This document shows, one piece after another, positions 1 to 8,604 of a DNA stretch of 64,000 nucleotides; within the stretch, counting starts at the first letter, position 1; every line of letters starts with the position of its first letter. This DNA is from an uncultured Microthrixaceae bacterium (GTDB lineage: Bacteria > Actinomycetota > Acidimicrobiia > Acidimicrobiales > VFJN01), in contig OY970242.1 of the NCBI GenBank assembly GCA_963715505.1, positions 2,683,788-2,747,787 on the forward strand, read 5' to 3'. Both the position numbers and the translations under genes were made by a program. The notes beneath the pieces were generated by a model. It searched no databases. It saw only the letters and a program-made list of their open reading frames with translations, and was not told the origin of the DNA.

Positions 1-734
1 AAGCCCTGGCTGATCGAGCCGCCCGCCGCACCGAGCCCGGAGACCACGAAGACCCGGTCGCCGATCTGGGGCGACGCACCGTCGGCGACCCACGACAGGC
101 GCGGGAGGTCGGGCTTGGCGATCGCCAGGAGGGCGAGGTCGTTCGCCGGGTCCCACTGGATCAGCTCCGCCTCGAGCTCCTCGTCGCCCTTGCGCACGGT
201 GATGCCCGGGATCGGCTGCTGGGTGTCGGCTCGGACGGTGTTGTACGAGGTGAGCAGGAACGACTGCTCCGAGTCGGAGAACACCACGAACGCCGAGCCC
301 ACCGACGGCTGCCCGGCCTCGTCGAGCGTCGAGACGAACCACACCGAGGGCTGGGCCTGCTCGAGCAGGCCGCTGAGCGTCTCGCCGCTGGCGGCGAACT
401 GCTGGAGCTCGTCGAGCTGGCCCTGCACCTGGCCCACGGCCTCCTCGCGCTCGGCGCCGATCCGATCGATGGCTGCATCGACCTCGTCCTCGAAGCCCGC
501 CTCGAAGGCGTCGACGCGGTCCTCCGTGCGGCCCAGCCGGTACTCGTAGAAGGCGTAGAGCACCGCTCCGGTGAAGGCCGACGCCACGCTCATGCAGAAC
601 AGCAGCACCGCCAGACCGAGCGCGGTGCCGGGCAGGAAGCGCTGCCAGGAGGCGTGGGTGCCACCGTCGGATGCGGTGATGGCCCGGCTCCGACGAGGGC
701 GCGAGGCGGCCTGCTTCGCCGGGTCGGTCGCCAT
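1..734 (-). CDS. membrane-anchored trypsin-like (S1C/HtrA-type) peptidase-domain protein; C-terminus lies outside the window
   Basis: Absent from the ORF track because no stop falls inside the window. Hand translation of the minus strand from ATG (734-732) gives MATDPAKQAAS..., one TM helix (LGLAVLLFCMSVASAFTGAVLYAF), then SVGSAFVVFSD..LLTSYNTV..DLALLAI..GDRVFVVSGLGAAGGSISQG. This is the usual layout of trypsin-like peptidase domains. The position normally holding the catalytic His reads N (TSYNTV), so activity is uncertain. Confidence 0.55.
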   Translation of the reverse strand, partial: MATDPAKQAASRPRRSRAITASDGGTHASWQRFLPGTALGLAVLLFCMSVASAFTGAVLYAFYEYRLGRTEDRVDAFEAGFEDEVDAAIDRIGAEREEAVGQVQGQLDELQQFAASGETLSGLLEQAQPSVWFVSTLDEAGQPSVGSAFVVFSDSEQSFLLTSYNTVRADTQQPIPGITVRKGDEELEAELIQWDPANDLALLAIAKPDLPRLSWVADGASPQIGDRVFVVSGLGAAGGSISQG

Positions 735-768
735 CGGGGAGACGGTAGCCCGGCGGTAGGCTGGCTCG

Positions 769-1258
769 ATGGTCGGTCTGCTCGCGCTGCTGTTCCTGGT
801 GGTGCCGATCGCCGAGCTCTACGTCATCGTGCAGGTCGCCGGCGGCATCGGCGTCGGCAACACGATCCTGCTGCTCATCGCCATCAGCGTCGGCGGCGCG
901 TGGCTCGCGAAGTGGTCCGGGGTCGGGGTGCTGCGGCGCCTGCAGGCCACCGTCCGCCAGGGGCGGGTGCCCTCCGCAGAGCTGGTCGACGGCGCGCTCG
1001 TGCTGCTCGCCGGCGCGCTCATGCTGACGCCGGGGTTCCTGTCCGACGCGCTCGGCGGTCCTGCTGCTGCTGCCGCCCACGCGCGCCGTGTTCCGCGCCA
1101 CCATCCTGCGCCGCATCCGCGCCGGCGGCGGGCTCGTCACGGTCGTCGCCGGCGGCCGCGGCCCGGGCGCGCCGCGCCGCGGCGGCACCGAGGTGTGGGA
1201 CGCCGACAGCTGGGAGGACCCGCCGACGCCGCCCGGGCGTCCGGGCCTCGGCACATGA
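769..1258 (+). pseudogene. fxsA: FxsA family membrane protein, interrupted by an apparent +1 frameshift near 1054-1058
   Basis: ORF 769.. encodes MVGLLALLFLVVPIAELYVIVQVAGGIG...LMLTPGFLSDALG and then turns into Arg/Pro junk. The frame starting at 1052 continues AVLLLLPPTRAVFRATILRRIRAGGGLVTVV...* with its stop at 1256-1258. E. coli FxsA has PGFFTDFLGLLLLLPPV across exactly this junction. Confidence 0.7.
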
Positions 1259-1301
1259 CGACCGCCGCCGACCACCGCGCGGGCGTGCACCGAGGACACC
1301 G

Positions 1302-2168
1302 ATGACCGACCACGCCGAAGCTCCCGAGCCTCCCGGCCCGAAGCCGATCGTCCATGGCGTGGCCAGCGCCCTCAGCCCGCTCGTGCGCCGCATCGTCGCC
1401 CCGAACCCCTCGATGATGACCGGCCCCGGCACCAACACCTACCTCGTCGGCATCGACGAGATCGTGGTCGTCGACCCCGGTCCCGACGACGCGTCGCACC
1501 TCGATGCCATCGCGGGCTGTGGCGGCGACCGCATCCGCTGGATCGTGTGCACCCACACCCACCAGGACCACTCGCCCGGAGCTGCCGGCCTCAAGGAGCG
1601 CACCGGCGCCGAGGTCCTGGCACTCGACGCCCGCGACGACCTCGTGGTCGACCGGGCGCTGGGCGACGGCGACGTGATCGAGGCCACGGAGTTCGTGCTG
1701 CGCGCCGTCCACACGCCCGGCCACGCCTCCAACCACCTCTGCTACCTCCTCGAGCAGGAGCGGATGCTGTTCTCCGGTGACCACATCATGGAGGGCTCCA
1801 CCGTCGTCATCGCGCCCCCCGACGGCGACATGGCCGCGTACCTGCGGTCGCTCGAGCGGCTGAAGGGGCTGCGGCCACGGCTGCGCTCGATCGCGCCCGG
1901 TCACGGCCACCTGATCGAGGACCCGCAGTCGAAGATCGACGAGTACCTGCAGCATCGCCTCGCGCGCGAGGCCCAGGTGCTCGCGGCGCTGCGCGCTGCG
2001 GGCACGACGAAGATCGACGCGATCGTCAAGGAGCTCTACGCCGACGTCCCCGAGGAGCTCCACGGGATGGCCGCCTCGTCGGTCTGGGCGCACCTGCTCA
2101 AGCTGCGCGACGACGGCAAGGCTGCGGGCGACGCGCTCGACGGCGAGTGGTCGGTGGTCGGTCGCTAG
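1302..2168 (+). CDS. MBL-fold metallo-hydrolase
   Basis: Internal ATG of ORF 654..2168 (MTDHAEAPE...). Carries the HxHxDH motif (CTHTHQDHSPG), a later HTPGH, and a C-terminal winged-helix-like tail typical of this family. Confidence 0.85.
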   Translation: MTDHAEAPEPPGPKPIVHGVASALSPLVRRIVAPNPSMMTGPGTNTYLVGIDEIVVVDPGPDDASHLDAIAGCGGDRIRWIVCTHTHQDHSPGAAGLKERTGAEVLALDARDDLVVDRALGDGDVIEATEFVLRAVHTPGHASNHLCYLLEQERMLFSGDHIMEGSTVVIAPPDGDMAAYLRSLERLKGLRPRLRSIAPGHGHLIEDPQSKIDEYLQHRLAREAQVLAALRAAGTTKIDAIVKELYADVPEELHGMAASSVWAHLLKLRDDGKAAGDALDGEWSVVGR

Positions 2169-2169
2169 C

Positions 2170-3348
2170 TCAGGCGTCCTGCGCATCGAGCGCTGCCACG
2201 GCAGCGTCGAGCATGCGGGCCGAGCAGCCCGCCATCTCCGAGGGCGGGATCGCCTCGGTCAGGATCCGCTCGGCGATGGCGCGGAACGCGTCGGCCGCGG
2301 GCCCCTCCCCGAGGGCGACCGGCTCGCCGCTGTCGCCTCCCGCCGCCACCGAGGGCTCGAGGGGGACGGTGCCGAGCAGGGGGACGCCGGCGTCGCCGGC
2401 GAGCTGCGCTCCCCCGCCCTCGCCGAAGAGCGCGTAGGACGTGCCGTGCTCGCAGGTGAAGCTGCTCATGTTCTCGATGACGCCGGCCACGCGCAGGTAG
2501 CTCTTGCGCGCCATCGACACGGCCCGCGTGGCCACCTTCTGCGCGGCCTTGGCGGGGGTGGTGACGACGAGCACCTCGGCGCGCGGGAGCAGCTTGGCGA
2601 CGCCCATCTGCACGTCACCGGTGCCGGGGGGCATGTCGACGAAGAGGTAGTCGAGGTCGTCCCCCCACTCGACGTCCTGCAGGAAGTGGGTGACGCCGCG
2701 GTTGAGCATGAGCCCGCGCCACATGAGCGCCGACTCCTCGTCGTCGACGAGGAAGCCCATCGAGATGATCCGCAGCACGCCCTCGCCGACCGGTCGCTCG
2801 TGGGGCACCATCACCTTCTTGCCCTGGTGCTCGCGACCGGCGAGCCGGCCCTCGACGCCCAGCATGCGCGGCACCGAGAAGCCCCAGATGTCGGCGTCGA
2901 GCACGCCCACCTTGCGACCGGTGGCGGCGATGGCGGCGGCGAGGTTCACGGTGACCGACGACTTGCCGACCCCGCCCTTGCCGGAGGCGACGAGGACGAC
3001 CTTGGTGCTGAGCGCGAGGGAGGTCTCCTCGGGTCGCTGCGAGACGTTGAAGCGGGCCTTCGCCATCGCGGAGGAGCGCTCCTCCTGGGTCATCTCGGTC
3101 CAGTCGAGCTTGACGTGGGTGACCCCGGGGAGCGACCCGACGCGGGCCCGCACGTCGCGCTGGATCTGCGCTCGCAGAGGACAACCCGCCGTGGTGAGGG
3201 CGATCGTGACGTCGACGCGCCCGTCGTCGTGGATCCTCGCGCCCTTGGCCATCCCGAGGTCGACGATGTCGCTGCCCAGCTCGGGGTCGATGACGCCGCG
3301 CAGCACCGCGACGACGTCGTCGGGGGTCGGGCGCTCGGTCTCGGCCAC
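2170..3348 (-). CDS. mrp: Mrp/ApbC-type Fe-S cluster carrier ATPase with an N-terminal DUF59/MIP18 domain
   Basis: GTG start at 3348 is in frame with ORF 2170..3537 (VAETERPTPDDVVAVLRGVIDPELGSDIVDLGM...). Deviant Walker A is VASGKGGVGKSS. The conserved CxxC region reads SSFTCEHGTSYALFG. Confidence 0.9.
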   Translation of the reverse strand: MAETERPTPDDVVAVLRGVIDPELGSDIVDLGMAKGARIHDDGRVDVTIALTTAGCPLRAQIQRDVRARVGSLPGVTHVKLDWTEMTQEERSSAMAKARFNVSQRPEETSLALSTKVVLVASGKGGVGKSSVTVNLAAAIAATGRKVGVLDADIWGFSVPRMLGVEGRLAGREHQGKKVMVPHERPVGEGVLRIISMGFLVDDEESALMWRGLMLNRGVTHFLQDVEWGDDLDYLFVDMPPGTGDVQMGVAKLLPRAEVLVVTTPAKAAQKVATRAVSMARKSYLRVAGVIENMSSFTCEHGTSYALFGEGGGAQLAGDAGVPLLGTVPLEPSVAAGGDSGEPVALGEGPAADAFRAIAERILTEAIPPSEMAGCSARMLDAAVAALDAQDA

Positions 3349-3389
3349 GACCCGGATTCTACCGGCAGCACCCGTGTAAACTCTACGTC

Positions 3390-4076
3390 GTGACCGTCGC
3401 GGCCTCAGGCTCCTCCGACGCCCCGCGCCTCGAGCTGCTGAAGGCGCTCGGCGACAACACGCGCTACGCGATCTACCTGGAGCTGGCGCGCGCGGCGGTC
3501 CCCTTGGCGACGGCGGAGATCGCCGAGACGCTGGCACTGCACGCCAACACCGTGCGGCCGCACCTGGAGCGCATGCGCGACGTCGGCCTCCTCGAGGTGG
3601 TCACCGACGCGCGCGGCACGGTGGGCCGGCCGCAGCACCGCTACTCCCTGGCCGCGGATGCGCCGTCGCTCGGCTTCGAGCCGCCTGCGTTCCCCGTCCT
3701 CGCCCGGATGCTGCTGCGCCTCGCCGCGTCGGCCGACGTGCCGCCCGCCGACGCCGTCGAGGCCGGGCGCGAGCACGGCGCCCTCGACGCCGACCGCCCG
3801 GACCGGGCCGGAACCTGCCAGGAGGCGCTGACCGCCGAGCTGGCGGCACTGGGCTTCGATCCGGAGTCGGTGGTCGACGACGTCGGGATCACCGTCGCCT
3901 TCACCCGCTGCCCGTTCCGGGAGCTCGCCGAGGCCAACCCCGACCTCGTGTGCAGCCTCCATCGGGGGCTCGTCGAGGGCTTCGTCGACGCCCGCGGCGA
4001 CGGGGTCGTCGTCGACTTCCACGACCTCGCCCACCGGACCCCCTGCCAGGTCGAGATCGAGCTCGCGCCCCGGTAG
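3390..4076 (+). CDS. ArsR-type winged-helix regulator with C-terminal Cys ligands (SufR-like)
   Basis: N-terminal wHTH (LKALGDNTRYAIYLELA...ATAEIAETLALHANTVRPHLERM) and four C-terminal Cys (TCQE, RCPF..LVCSLH, TPCQ). It sits between mrp and erpA. Confidence 0.65.
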   Translation: MTVAASGSSDAPRLELLKALGDNTRYAIYLELARAAVPLATAEIAETLALHANTVRPHLERMRDVGLLEVVTDARGTVGRPQHRYSLAADAPSLGFEPPAFPVLARMLLRLAASADVPPADAVEAGREHGALDADRPDRAGTCQEALTAELAALGFDPESVVDDVGITVAFTRCPFRELAEANPDLVCSLHRGLVEGFVDARGDGVVVDFHDLAHRTPCQVEIELAPR

Positions 4077-4114
4077 GATCTCCAGTGCAACCAGTCCTGC
4101 AGGAGGACCCTGAC

Positions 4115-4435
4115 GTGATCACGCTCACCGACACCGCCGCCACCAAGGTGAAGGACCTCATCGACGCCGAGGGCACGCCCGACCTCGCCCTGCGCGTCGC
4201 CGTGCGCCCCGGTGGCTGCTCGGGCTTCAGCTACGAGATGTTCTTCGACAGCGACGTGGCCGACGACGACACGCTGAGCGACGCCTCGGGTGTTCGGGTG
4301 GTGGTCGACCAGTCCAGCGCCGAGCTGCTCCAGGGCGCCACGCTCGACTACAAGGACGGCCTCCAGGGCGCCGGCTTCGCCATCGAGAACCCCAACGCGC
4401 AGCGCAGCTGCGGCTGCGGCAAGTCCTTCAGCTAG
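4115..4435 (+). CDS. erpA: HesB/IscA-family iron-sulfur cluster insertion protein
   Basis: GTG at 4115 is preceded by AGGAGG (4101-4106) and is in frame with ORF 3950..4435. Sequence: VITLTDTAATKVKDLI...RPGGCSGFSY...NPNAQRSCGCGKSF (the C-X..-CGCG signature). Confidence 0.9.
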   Translation: MITLTDTAATKVKDLIDAEGTPDLALRVAVRPGGCSGFSYEMFFDSDVADDDTLSDASGVRVVVDQSSAELLQGATLDYKDGLQGAGFAIENPNAQRSCGCGKSFS

Positions 4436-5508
4436 CACCCTCGGGCGCTGAGCGCTCCAGCGCGCTGGGCACGGACAGCACCTCGTCGTCGAGCACGATC
4501 ACCGGTGCCGACGGAGCGACCCGGGCGAGCTCTGCGGCGCGCGCGATGGCCGGGCCGACGACGACCAGCGGGCGCGTGAGCTGTTCCGCCAGCCTGGCCA
4601 CCGCCGCCTGCGCGTCGAGGGGGCCCGGTGCCGGCCGGCCGAGGCTGCGCCATGCCGACGCCCACCGGAGGCGCTGCTCACCCGTGTCGCCGGCGCTGGC
4701 GCGCACGTCGCTGTCCTGCGCGGCGACCGCCTCGGCGACGCCGTGCTGGGGTTCGGTCCGGTTCACGACGTCGTCGACCGCTCCCCCGTCGACGTCACCG
4801 GCGACGGCGGACCAAGCCCGCTCGGCGCCGCGCAGCTCCTCCTGACAGCGGGCGTGGCGCAGGGCCAGGGCCGCCCGCGCCGCATCGTGGGCGCGGCGCT
4901 CCGCGGCGGGCGGCGGCACCGGGCCCGACGGTGCCTGGAGCTGACGCAGCGCCCAGAGGCATGCCAACAGGGCGGGGACGAGCGCCAGCCACAGGGGCGC
5001 GAGGTCCAGGCCGAGCAGCATGAGCCCGAGCCCGAAGGCGGTGACGATGACCCCGATGGCACGGCTGTGGCGCGGGCCGAGCTCGGCCGCCGACACCGGT
5101 GCCGCCACGGCTGCGTCGTGGTCGGCCAGCGCGCCGCGCCGCCTGGTCGGCGTCGGCCCGGGCTGCGCGCAGCGCTGCAGCGCGCGCCCGGACGGTGTCG
5201 GGAGGCACCGCGACCGGTCGGCGCGGGGGCTGGGACGGTTCGGCGCTGGCGCGGGCCCGTTCCGCGACGCGCTCGGCTCGGGCCACGCGCTCGGCGAGGC
5301 CCCGCAGGGCGTCGAGCTGCTCCGTGGCGACCTGCGGGAGCGCCGCGCGTGCCGCGATGGCCGCATCGGCCTGCGGCAGCGTGGCGCACAGCTCGGCGCG
5401 GAGCCGCACGGCGAGAGGACCGGCGCGCCGCAGCGGTGCGGCGTCGCGCAGGAGGTGCAGGCCGGGCCCGAGGGTGGCGTGGTCGGCATCGACGGGCACC
5501 GCCCGCAG
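4428..5508 (-). pseudogene. hypothetical membrane protein, apparently split over two frames (junction near 5128-5147)
   Basis: The protein-like N-half is in the frame of ORF 4795..5622 (GTG at 5508: VPVDADHATLGPGLHLLRDAAPL...ARADADQAARR). The protein-like C-half is in the frame of ORF 4428..5489 (GALADHDAAVAAPVSAAELGPRHSRAIGVIVTAFGLGLMLLGLDLAPLWLALVPALLACLW...). Each frame is Arg/Pro/Cys junk on the other side of the junction. No homology was recognised. Confidence 0.35.
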
Positions 5509-5522
5509 GATACCGAGCGCCC

Positions 5523-6434
5523 TCAGACGAGCCGGCTGAGGCGCTCGCCGAGCTCGGTCCGGTCGTAGATGACGTCGACGCGATCCGCCACGGTCCCGTC
5601 GGCCCCGACCAGGACCAGGCACGGCTCGAAGTGCAGCCCGAGCTCGGTCAGGACCGGCGCGTAGGTGTCGACGCTCGTGGCGGGGTCGCTGTACACCTCG
5701 GCGTGCAGGAAGTGGATGTCGGGGTGGGCGGGAACGAGGTCGAGGAGCACGTCGAGCACGGGCCCGCAGATGGCGATCTTGCAGAACGCCGGGCTGGCGA
5801 CCAGCAGGGCGAGCGGAGTGCCCGCGGTGAGCACCTCCGCCACCGTCGCGTCGTGGAGCGGGCAGACCGGCTCGCTCGTGCAGATGGGCTCGACGCCACG
5901 GGGGTCGGCCGCGGTGGGGGTCTCGACGGAGGGCATCGGTGCGCCCGGCTGGATCACCGCGACGTCGCCGGCCGCATCGACCTTGATCGCCATCTCCGCG
6001 GCGGCGTCGCCGACCTCGGTGCGCGCCGTGTAGATGCCCGGTTCCTCGACGGTGAAGGTGAGCGGGAAGTAGGCGCGGGGCAGGCCATCGGCGTGGCGCG
6101 CGACGTCGATGCCGTCGGCCACGGGATCGCCGGCCGGGTCGAGCAGGGTGATGGTGAGCCGGTCGGGCGTGCGCTCGACGGGGAGCAGCCCGTCGACGTC
6201 CGCCACGCCGAACGGGGCGCGGGCGGGCCGGCCGGCCACGAGCACCGGGCCGCCGAAGAACTGGGCGAGCGCCAAGCCCTCGATGGCGGCACCCGCGTCG
6301 CCGCCGTCGGTGCCCTCCGCCGCGCCGTCACCGTCGTCGCTGCCGCAGGCACCGAGCAGGTAGGCGCCGGCGGCGGCACCGCCCGCCAGGCGGAGGAAGC
6401 GTCGCCGGTCGAGCACGTTCGGGGGGAGCGACAT
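5523..6434 (-). CDS. Tat-exported lipoprotein, possibly with a thioredoxin-like C-terminal fold
   Basis: Twin-arginine signal plus lipobox (MSLPPNVLDRRRFLRLAGGAAAGAYLLGAC). Conserved Cys pairs lie in the C-terminal half (PICTSEPVCP, PAFCKIAICGP). Confidence 0.7.
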   Translation of the reverse strand: MSLPPNVLDRRRFLRLAGGAAAGAYLLGACGSDDGDGAAEGTDGGDAGAAIEGLALAQFFGGPVLVAGRPARAPFGVADVDGLLPVERTPDRLTITLLDPAGDPVADGIDVARHADGLPRAYFPLTFTVEEPGIYTARTEVGDAAAEMAIKVDAAGDVAVIQPGAPMPSVETPTAADPRGVEPICTSEPVCPLHDATVAEVLTAGTPLALLVASPAFCKIAICGPVLDVLLDLVPAHPDIHFLHAEVYSDPATSVDTYAPVLTELGLHFEPCLVLVGADGTVADRVDVIYDRTELGERLSRLV

Positions 6435-8025
6435 GGGGCGAACCTATCCTCGCCTCATGGATCCTCGCAGTCGCCCCCCGCTGCAGCTCGAGGTCGACGG
6501 TCGCCAGGTGGAGGTCGGAGACCGCGGGCAGTCGCTGCTCGACGTCTTGCGCGAGGACCTCGGCCTGCGGTCGCCCAAGGACGGCTGCAGCCCGCAGGGC
6601 CAGTGCGGCTGCTGCACCGTCCTCGTCGACGGGCAGCCCCGCGTGGCGTGCGTGACGCCCGCCCGCCGGGTGGCAGGGCGCAGCGTCTGCACGGTCGACG
6701 GCCTGGCGGAGGACGTGCGCGACACCTGGGCGGAGGCGATCTGCGCCACGGGTGCCAGCCAGTGCGGCTTCTGCACGCCGGGGATCATCTGCCGGCTCGA
6801 GGGCCTGCGCTCGAAGGATGCCGACGCCGGTCATCCCGCCGTGGAGCAGGCGCTGCTCGCCCACCTCTGCCGCTGCACCGGGTGGCGCACCCTCCTCGAC
6901 GCCTGGGACGCCGTCGCCGGCGCCGAGCCGGCGAGCTCGGCGGGCCGCTCGCTGGTCCGGGCCAGCGAGCGGGCCACCATCGAGGGCGGTGTGCCCCAGT
7001 CGGTCTCGCCCGCCGTCGCCCTCGGCCGGGGTGGCTTCGCCGACGACTCGGCGCCACCGGGTGCGCTGGTGGCGGTGCCCGACCGAGCCGGGGGCTGGGC
7101 GGTCGGCGAGACGCTCGCCGAGGCGCGCGCCGCCGCCGGCAAGGTGCAGGGCCGGCGCACGACGGTGGAGGCGCGCCCGCCGATCGAGCTCCCGCCGGGC
7201 AGCTGGGACGCCGCGCTGCGAACCTGCTGGGTGGAGCCCGCCTACCTGGAGCCCGATGCCTCCTGGTGCGCACCGGGCGGCGAGCCGGCCTCGCCGCTCG
7301 CCAACGGCGGCGCCTTCGGCGGCAAGGTCGACACCACGGTGCAGGCGGCCGCCCGCGAGCTCGCCGACCGGCACGGCCGCCCGGTGCGGGTGCTGCTCGA
7401 CCGCGAGGCGGTCGTGCAGCGCGGCCCCAAGCGCCCCCCGGTCGCCGGAGGCGCGCTCGCCGACGGGACCGGGGTGCTGCGGGTGGCGCGCACGCCCGGG
7501 ATCGCAGCCGCGGTGGCCTCGGTCGCGCCCGACCTCGTGGTGGAGGAGATCGAGGTCGCGGGCCCGTCGACCTCAGCCGCCCTCCGCGCGGCTGGCTGGG
7601 CCGAGGCGTCGGTCCTCCTCGCCGGCGCGCGTGGTGCCCTGGCGCCGGTGGTCGACCCGTCCACCGGTGCGGTGGCCGAGGCCGCGATCGGCCTCGACGG
7701 CGTGGTGCGCGTCCGCGTCGAGGCGGGCGAGCCACTCGACGAGGTGGCGCTGCGCTCGTACTGCACGGGTGCGGCGCACATGGCGCTGTCGTGGGTGCGC
7801 TCCGAAGGCCTGGCGGTCGACGAGTCGGGGCTGGTGCACGACCTCACGATCCGCTCCCTCGGCGTCCTGCGCGCCGTCGACATGCCGCCCGTCGAGATCG
7901 AGATCGCGCCCGGCGATGGCCCTGCCGTGCGCGGATCCGACGCGGTCTTCGTCGCCGTCGCGGCTGCGGCGTGGCTGCACGCCGGAACCCCCGCCGACTG
8001 GCCCACCGGCGATCGGCGTCGCTGA
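6433..8025 (+). CDS. [2Fe-2S]-binding protein fused to a shortened xanthine-dehydrogenase/aldehyde-oxidase-type molybdopterin-binding domain
   Basis: The N-terminus has both 2Fe-2S motifs of CoxS/XdhA-type small subunits (CSPQGQCGCCTV; CGFCTPGI...CRCTGW). The C-terminus has GGAFGGKVD and a tail like the Moco-binding C-domain. An alternative start is ATG 6457. Confidence 0.75.
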   Translation: MGRTYPRLMDPRSRPPLQLEVDGRQVEVGDRGQSLLDVLREDLGLRSPKDGCSPQGQCGCCTVLVDGQPRVACVTPARRVAGRSVCTVDGLAEDVRDTWAEAICATGASQCGFCTPGIICRLEGLRSKDADAGHPAVEQALLAHLCRCTGWRTLLDAWDAVAGAEPASSAGRSLVRASERATIEGGVPQSVSPAVALGRGGFADDSAPPGALVAVPDRAGGWAVGETLAEARAAAGKVQGRRTTVEARPPIELPPGSWDAALRTCWVEPAYLEPDASWCAPGGEPASPLANGGAFGGKVDTTVQAAARELADRHGRPVRVLLDREAVVQRGPKRPPVAGGALADGTGVLRVARTPGIAAAVASVAPDLVVEEIEVAGPSTSAALRAAGWAEASVLLAGARGALAPVVDPSTGAVAEAAIGLDGVVRVRVEAGEPLDEVALRSYCTGAAHMALSWVRSEGLAVDESGLVHDLTIRSLGVLRAVDMPPVEIEIAPGDGPAVRGSDAVFVAVAAAAWLHAGTPADWPTGDRRR

Positions 8026-8075
8026 AGCGCGTGCGGGCCCATGCCCGACGTCCACGGACGTTGTTTACTGGGGGC

Positions 8076-8432
8076 ATGTCGAGGCCCGTCGGTCCGTACA
8101 CGCCCGTCGTCCGCGTCGGTGCGTGGCTCATCGTGTCAGGACAGGTCGGGCTCCTCGAGGGGAAGCTGGTCGGCGGGGGCCTCGAGGCGGAGCTGCGCCA
8201 GGCGATCGCCAACCTGGCGGGGCTGCTCGCCGCCGAGGGCGCATCGCTGACCGACGTGGTGAAGACGACCGTCTTCCTCCGACACCTCGGCGGCGACTAC
8301 CCGAAGATGAACGAGGTCTACATGGCCTGCTTCGGCGACCACCGGCCGGCGCGCTCGGCGGTCGGCGTGGCCGAGCTGCCGCTCGGCGCGCTGGTGGAGG
8401 TGGAAGCGTGGGCCCACGTCGGGGCACACTGA
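8076..8432 (+). CDS. ridA: RidA/YjgF-family reactive-intermediate deaminase
   Basis: ATG 8076 is in frame with the tail of ORF 4743..8432. Sequence: MSRPVGPYTPVVRVGAWLIVSGQVG...VKTTVFL...PARSAVGVAELPLGALVEVEAWA. Confidence 0.9.
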   Translation: MSRPVGPYTPVVRVGAWLIVSGQVGLLEGKLVGGGLEAELRQAIANLAGLLAAEGASLTDVVKTTVFLRHLGGDYPKMNEVYMACFGDHRPARSAVGVAELPLGALVEVEAWAHVGAH

Positions 8433-8436
8433 CGCC

Positions 8437-8592
8437 ATGCTCGGTGCCGCCCTCATCGCCCTCGTCATCCTGGTCGTCATCCCCGTCGCGGTCGCCATGA
8501 CGGGCGCCGTCGTGGCGGCGATCCTCGGTTGGGCGCTGACCGAGCACGCCGAAGCCACCCACGCCGGCAGCGAGCTGGTCGAGCTCAGCTAG
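8437..8592 (+). CDS. small hydrophobic membrane protein (51 aa)
   Basis: Hand-translated and below the track's size cut-off: MLGAALIALVILVVIPVAVAMTGAVVAAILGWALTEHAEATHAGSELVELS*. It starts 5 nt after the ridA stop. GC3-rich codons. Confidence 0.3.
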   Translation: MLGAALIALVILVVIPVAVAMTGAVVAAILGWALTEHAEATHAGSELVELS

Positions 8593-8604
8593 CAGCGCGG
8601 CGCA

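Noticed and set aside
1-734. The trypsin-like protease considered as a catalytically dead pseudo-protease (Asn where the catalytic His is expected, in LLTSYNTV).
   Set aside because: The judgement rests on eyeball alignment of one motif, and the Ser-containing half of the domain is outside the window. It is noted in the feature evidence but not claimed.
4743-8432. Very long track ORFs such as 4743..8432 (1229 aa), 45590..48526 (978 aa), 24560..27409 (949 aa), 38349..40325, 39400..41823, 8967..10829 and 58725..61241.
   Set aside because: Their translations are Arg/Pro/Gly/Ala junk with no motifs, and they run antisense or out of frame over genes with clear family signatures. These are typical shadow ORFs of a >70% GC genome. 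Only short in-frame tails of some of them (ridA, the HAD gene, the STAS N-terminus) are real.
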